Assembly (NCBI GenBank): GCA_019923695.1
Contig: JAHXGO010000004.1
Location: 1 to 38,645, forward strand
DNA: 38,645 bases
From: Candidatus Liptonbacteria bacterium
GTDB taxonomy: Bacteria > Patescibacteriota > Minisyncoccia > UBA6257 > Colwellbacteraceae
Direction of reading: 5' to 3'
Shown here: one piece after another, positions 34,137 through 38,645 of the stretch
Layout of the letters: every line of letters starts with the position of its first letter
How positions within the stretch are numbered: the stretch's first letter is position 1
Notes under the pieces: model-generated
What the model was told of the DNA's origin: nothing
What the model saw: only the letters and a program-made list of their open reading frames with translations
Databases searched by the model: none
Translations under genes and position numbers: made by a program

Positions 34137-35915
34137 TCAAGTTTTTGGCTTTATTTTTAATTCATCAATTTTTTTCGCGATTGTCTGAAATTCTTTTAAA
34201 TACTCTTTCAATCCTTCAATAGAATCGTCTTCGGACTTTTCAGTTTTCTTAATTAAATCAGCTAAATTTTCCTTTTTTTCAGATAAAAACTCAATCTGAA
34301 GACAACGGACAAGATCATTAAATTCTTCTTCGATTTTTAACTTATCTCCATCAACTAAAGACGACTCAAGACAAATTAAATCATAAAAATTGGCTGTTTC
34401 TTCATTTTTTGGCGCTTCCCCAGAAACAAGACACTCCGCAATTTCAAAATATTTTAAAGGTAAGTAGTCTTTAAGTTGTCCGCTTACCATAAGTTCTTCA
34501 AATTTTGGTTTTAATTCTTCTCGAAAATTAACAATAGCTAAAAATCGCTCACTAATCAACTCTTTTCTTGAGGCTTTTTTACAAACTTCTTCCACCGGGC
34601 TTTGAATTCTCGAAAAAGACAACGACGAAACAACCGGTAGTTTTTCTATTTCTTCTAAAAGGTCTTTTTCTCTTATCTTTGTTCTTTCCGATATTTCACT
34701 AATCCAATAATGACGATCTAAAGAACTTGCCAAGGTTTTTGCCTTGCCTAAAACAAAACGTAAATTCTGTTTTTTATTTGAAAAATTTTCTTCGCCTAAA
34801 TACCGGGAAAGATAATAATTCATCGAAGTTTCAGCTTTTAAAACTAAATTTTTAAGGAGTCCGGGAGACGCTTTTACCAAGTCGCCCGGGTCTTTGTAAA
34901 AATTTTCTTTTGAAGAAAATCTGTTTAAATCAAGAATTTTTATATCAAAATCATTTTCATGAGCCAAATCAATACTTCTTTCGGTTGTCTGTTGACCAGC
35001 TAAATCATTATCAAAACATAAAATAAGATTATTGGTATGACGCTTAAGGATTTTTAAATGGTCACGAGTTAAAGCGGTGCCAGAAGTTCCAACCGAGTTT
35101 TTCACTCCGTCCTGATGAGCTAAAATAACATCCATATAACCTTCAACTAAGAGAACAAACTTATTCTCGTTAATAGATTTCTTCGCCTGATAAATCCCGA
35201 ACAAAATCCTTGATTTTGAAAAAATCGGAGTTTCCGGAGAATTAAGATATTTCGCGGTTTCCTGATTTTCAAGAGCCGGTAAAATTCTGCCGGAAAAACC
35301 AACTGTTTTTCCTAAATTATTAAGCAAAGGAAAAATTATTCTTCCTCTAAAACGATCAAAATATCTGCCTTTTTCGCTTTTTATTGCTAACCCTGCCCTT
35401 GCAATGTCTTTGATATCAAAACCGAGGTTTATAAGATGCACCGTTAAATCTTCAAAATTATTAGGACTAAAACCCAAAGCAAATTCATCGATTATTTCTT
35501 TTTTTAAACTTCTTGAAAAAAGATACTCTTTGGCGACTTTTGATTTTTCAAGTTGGGCTCTAAAAAAATCAGAGGCTGCCCGATGTAAATCATAAAGCAC
35601 GCCAAATTCTCTCTGGTCAGCCGGGCTCAAACGTTTTAAATCTATCCCCGCTTTTTCCGCTAAAGTTTTCAATGCTTCATGAAATTCAATATTTTCATGT
35701 TTCATCAAAAACTTAAAAACATCTCCTCCCTCACTGCAAACACCAAAACAATGCCAAATCTGACGATCCGGAGAAATTATAAAAGAAGGAGTTTTTTCCT
35801 GATGAAAAGGACAAAGCGCTTTAAAATTTTTGCCTGCCGGCTTAATTTCTAAATAACCCCTAAGAAAATCAACAATGTCGATTTTCTCTTTAATTTCTTC
35901 AATAATTGATGCCAT
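34137..35915 (-). CDS. dnaG: DNA primase
   Basis: CPFHQEKTPSF, DRFRGRIIFP, KYLNSPET, VEGYMDV, FDNDLAG. Confidence 0.98.
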   Translation of the reverse strand: MASIIEEIKEKIDIVDFLRGYLEIKPAGKNFKALCPFHQEKTPSFIISPDRQIWHCFGVCSEGGDVFKFLMKHENIEFHEALKTLAEKAGIDLKRLSPADQREFGVLYDLHRAASDFFRAQLEKSKVAKEYLFSRSLKKEIIDEFALGFSPNNFEDLTVHLINLGFDIKDIARAGLAIKSEKGRYFDRFRGRIIFPLLNNLGKTVGFSGRILPALENQETAKYLNSPETPIFSKSRILFGIYQAKKSINENKFVLLVEGYMDVILAHQDGVKNSVGTSGTALTRDHLKILKRHTNNLILCFDNDLAGQQTTERSIDLAHENDFDIKILDLNRFSSKENFYKDPGDLVKASPGLLKNLVLKAETSMNYYLSRYLGEENFSNKKQNLRFVLGKAKTLASSLDRHYWISEISERTKIREKDLLEEIEKLPVVSSLSFSRIQSPVEEVCKKASRKELISERFLAIVNFREELKPKFEELMVSGQLKDYLPLKYFEIAECLVSGEAPKNEETANFYDLICLESSLVDGDKLKIEEEFNDLVRCLQIEFLSEKKENLADLIKKTEKSEDDSIEGLKEYLKEFQTIAKKIDELKIKPKT

Positions 35916-36870
35916 AACGATTAAAAGCCGCTTGAATTATTTTATCTAAAAGTTGAGGAAAAGAAAGTCCGATTGCCTTAGCGCCTTGGGATAGAAGACT
36001 AGTCGGAGCGAGCCCCGGAATTGTATTTATCTCCAGAATATAAAGTTTAGCGTCGTCATAAGATAATATCATATCAGTCCTGGACATTCCTGAAGCGCCA
36101 ATTATTTGATGGGCTTTGACGGCTGTTTCTTGAATCAAGTTTATAGTTTCTGGAGAAAACCTCGAAGGAGTCAGTTCTTCGGACGCATTAGGAGTATACT
36201 TTGCTTTATAATCAAAAAAATGAGAAACTCTTGGAATAATTTCCGTCGGCGCTAAAGGAGTAATTTTATTTAATCCGTCATCAATCACCCCGCAGGTTAT
36301 TTCTCGACCATTAATATATTTTGCAATCAAAGCGTCGCGACTAAAACAAAAAACCACTGATAAAGCTTGTTCCAACTCGTCAGGAACTCTAACTATGCTT
36401 ACCCCAATCGAAGACCCTCTGTTAACCGGCTTGACCACCCACGGCATATCAAAAGGAACGCTAATTTTGGTAAAATCGCTTTTTTTATTCACAACTATAT
36501 ATTCAGGAACATTAAGATTATGAACTTTAAAAAGCAAAGAAGAAAAATTTTTATTCATACCCAAACCGCTTGGCAAGGGGCCGCTGCCGGTGTAAGGAAT
36601 ACGAATTTTTTCCAACATTGACTGAACTGTGCCGTCTTCTCCAAATTCGCCGTGCATAGCGATAAAAACAACATCAAATCTTTTTTTGAATTCTTTTATT
36701 TCAACAGACCACTCTCCGTTTCTTAAAATAACAACCGACGAAACTGCGTATTTTTCCTTGTCCAAAGCAAAACAAACATTTTTGCCACTTATTATGGAAA
36801 CATCATGTTCTGCTGATGGCCCGCCCATCAACACCGCTACCCTTATTTTACGCTGTATATGATTTGACAT
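35899..36870 (-). CDS. ddl: D-alanine--D-alanine ligase
   Basis: GGPSAEHDVS, HGEFGEDG, GSSIG, FDYKAKY, EINTIPG. Confidence 0.96.
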   Translation of the reverse strand: MSNHIQRKIRVAVLMGGPSAEHDVSIISGKNVCFALDKEKYAVSSVVILRNGEWSVEIKEFKKRFDVVFIAMHGEFGEDGTVQSMLEKIRIPYTGSGPLPSGLGMNKNFSSLLFKVHNLNVPEYIVVNKKSDFTKISVPFDMPWVVKPVNRGSSIGVSIVRVPDELEQALSVVFCFSRDALIAKYINGREITCGVIDDGLNKITPLAPTEIIPRVSHFFDYKAKYTPNASEELTPSRFSPETINLIQETAVKAHQIIGASGMSRTDMILSYDDAKLYILEINTIPGLAPTSLLSQGAKAIGLSFPQLLDKIIQAAFNRYGINY

Positions 36871-37013
36871 TATAGATTATTTTAAAATAATACCATTAAA
36901 AAAGATAGAAATTCAATTTGACTGAAAAATCTATAAAGACAAAAACATACCTTGCCCTGTTAAAAATATCTTGTGGTTTACCGCGAAATCTAACTATAGA
37001 GACTGGGTTTCTT

Positions 37014-37679
37014 TCATTTAGAAAGATTGTCCCATAAACAAAACTTACAGGCGCTATGAGATTTTGGTTGAGAACCACGAAGAATTTCCACGGCCTTCTG
37101 AAAAACCTGATAAGCGGCTTTAGTGTCAACCGCTACCTTGCGCGGTTCCGCGTTAAATAAAATTTTTGCATCAGCAACCACTTCATTAGGCGAATAAAAA
37201 ATAAGATAAGCAAATCCTTTATGTTTATAACCATTTTTCTCTAAAAGAAGAGTATAAATATTAAGTTGATTTTCATAATACGAATGAGAGTCATCTTTAG
37301 CAAGCCAACCTCGGGTTTTGTAATCAACCGGAATAAAATATTCGCCGTCTATCAAACAATCATCAAGGGCTCCCATAATTTCTGCCTCCAAACCTTTATC
37401 ATAAAAACGAAGACCTCTTCGATTATTGCGCCATTCGTTCAAAAGTTCTTGATTATCCAAAAGCCGGCCCTCTACCTTATCTTTGATTTCCGGCGGCAAT
37501 TCTCCTTTATCACGGAACTTATCAAAATATTTTTTGAGCACCGCATCGATTCCGCCGGGCAAAGACGGAAAAGCGCCGTTCGGCCGATGAATACCCTTAA
37601 CTTTTTCCAACCAAAAACACTTGGGGCATTCAAGAAAAAGATTTAAAGCGCTCGGAGAAAGAATAATCAAATTTTCCAT
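37014..37679 (-). CDS. PD-(D/E)XK nuclease (RecB/Cas4-like)
   Basis: LSPSALNLFLECPKCFW, GALDD, VDYKT, QLNIY, C-terminal CKFC. Confidence 0.85.
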   Translation of the reverse strand: MENLIILSPSALNLFLECPKCFWLEKVKGIHRPNGAFPSLPGGIDAVLKKYFDKFRDKGELPPEIKDKVEGRLLDNQELLNEWRNNRRGLRFYDKGLEAEIMGALDDCLIDGEYFIPVDYKTRGWLAKDDSHSYYENQLNIYTLLLEKNGYKHKGFAYLIFYSPNEVVADAKILFNAEPRKVAVDTKAAYQVFQKAVEILRGSQPKSHSACKFCLWDNLSK

Positions 37680-37706
37680 GTCAAAATAAAATTTTAATAT
37701 ATTATT

Positions 37707-37735
37707 ATTATACCATTTACATATTTGCCAGACAA
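37707..37735 (-). promoter_or_regulatory. promoter upstream of the PD-(D/E)XK gene
   Basis: TTGTCT-17-TATAAT with an extended -10 TGn. Confidence 0.65.
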
Positions 37736-37788
37736 AATATTAACTAATGTTAACGAAAATTAAACCATAAACCACAAGCCATTCAAAA

Positions 37789-38645
37789 TTAGTATGATTC
37801 CGGACAATTCCAGGCTTTACGCCAACCAGCAGCTATAGCCTCTAATTCAGTGCAAAACCATTTTTCGCCACGAACACTATTTATTTTTGTTTTCTCGTAC
37901 GAACCACAATTAGGTAAATGATAAATCTTTTCACCTGAAGCGCTTATATTACCCTTAATCACGCAAGAATTATTCAAATTATTTTTTTGTAAAGCTGGGG
38001 GTTGAATTTTAATCGGGGTAGCAACCGGACAGACACCCCACAAACCACGCTTTATTTCTCTTGCTTCTTGTTGAGCGCTCAAAAACATATCCTGATATTT
38101 TATATTTGGCGGATATGAATAAGAATAAGCAAAACCCTGTTGTATTAATTCCAAATTTATAAAAACATCGTCTACCCAAACATAACGCAAAAGCCGGCCA
38201 TATTTATCTCTATCTGTAATATCTTTTTTCAACCACACCATTTTGCCCTCAACTAATTTCTTATTTTTATTGAAGGCTTCTATCCCAAAACACTGAACGG
38301 GGCTTCTCGGGTCAACAGTTTCTGGTGTATCAACGCCAATATATCTAATTTTATCACCTCCTTGTATCTCAATCGTATCACCATCAATTACACGAATAAC
38401 TTTCACTAAATCTCTATTGTTATATTTATTTTGTTTGTCCGAAGTTTGCAAACCAGCAAGGTCGTCATTCGGCTGTAATAAAAGGATGTTTTCGCTTTTA
38501 TTTTCTAAAATAACTTCTTTTACAGCGTCAGTCCTTCTAGGACTATCAGCCGGCGACACTGTATTATTAAGATGAAAATTTCTACCAATCGCAACACCAA
38601 TAAACAACACTAGAATAATCCCTGTTGTAACTAAAAATTTTTTTG
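37789..38645 (-). CDS. membrane-anchored thermonuclease (SNase) with C-terminal Cys/His domain; 5' end beyond the window
   Basis: VIDGDT, IRYIGVDTPE, DKYGRLLRYV, A...RGLW; IKGNIS.SGEKIYHLP...WFCTE.EA..AGWR; frame stays open to the window edge. Confidence 0.9.
   Translation of the reverse strand, partial: KKFLVTTGIILVLFIGVAIGRNFHLNNTVSPADSPRRTDAVKEVILENKSENILLLQPNDDLAGLQTSDKQNKYNNRDLVKVIRVIDGDTIEIQGGDKIRYIGVDTPETVDPRSPVQCFGIEAFNKNKKLVEGKMVWLKKDITDRDKYGRLLRYVWVDDVFINLELIQQGFAYSYSYPPNIKYQDMFLSAQQEAREIKRGLWGVCPVATPIKIQPPALQKNNLNNSCVIKGNISASGEKIYHLPNCGSYEKTKINSVRGEKWFCTELEAIAAGWRKAWNCPESY

Noticed and set aside
36880..37017. ATG coupled to the nuclease stop (MKETQSL*) and the 77-aa track ORF
   Set aside because: Multiple stops and no recognisable homology; possibly a decayed gene but unsupported
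1045..37646. Numerous 60-126 aa ORFs antisense to or nested in identified genes
   Set aside because: Shadow ORFs fully overlapping well-supported genes, with no motifs

Overview
AT-rich bacterial chromosome segment. Gene content and streamlining suggest Patescibacteria/Parcubacteria (CPR); this is inference, from a short L13, AlaRS without the C-Ala domain, a membrane-anchored Clp ATPase and few Shine-Dalgarno motifs. Most of it is housekeeping: cspA, FKBP, infC-rpmI-rplT, Nudix, PolX-PHP, Clp ATPase, EndoQ-like PHP protein, Kef antiporter, tRNA-Leu, parB, rel, ychF, serS, lysS-greA, the infA-rpmJ-rpsM-rpsK-rpsD-rpoA-rplQ-rplM-rpsI cluster, alaS-rpoD-dnaG-ddl and two nucleases. A layer of tiny selfish DNA sits on top. 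(1) A 277-bp cassette encoding only a GIY-YIG nuclease has perfect 14-bp terminal inverted repeats and a 4-bp direct repeat. It sits exactly in the ychF start codon, borrows the host promoter and ATG, and regenerates the ychF ATG at its other end. This is the best candidate for an undescribed system. (2) An 18-bp quasi-palindromic repeat occurs in at least 8 places, in frame in three different reading frames of Rel, YchF, SerRS, S9, RpoA and RpoD. (3) A TATA-bounded ~45-bp MITE-like family (~10 copies) supplies stop codons, a probable promoter and a 14-aa in-frame insert. Also present: decayed IS remnants, pseudogenes with internal deletions, a small tRNA-adjacent island and an RpoA lacking its C-terminal domain. 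All protein family calls are by motif recognition only; no searches were run.
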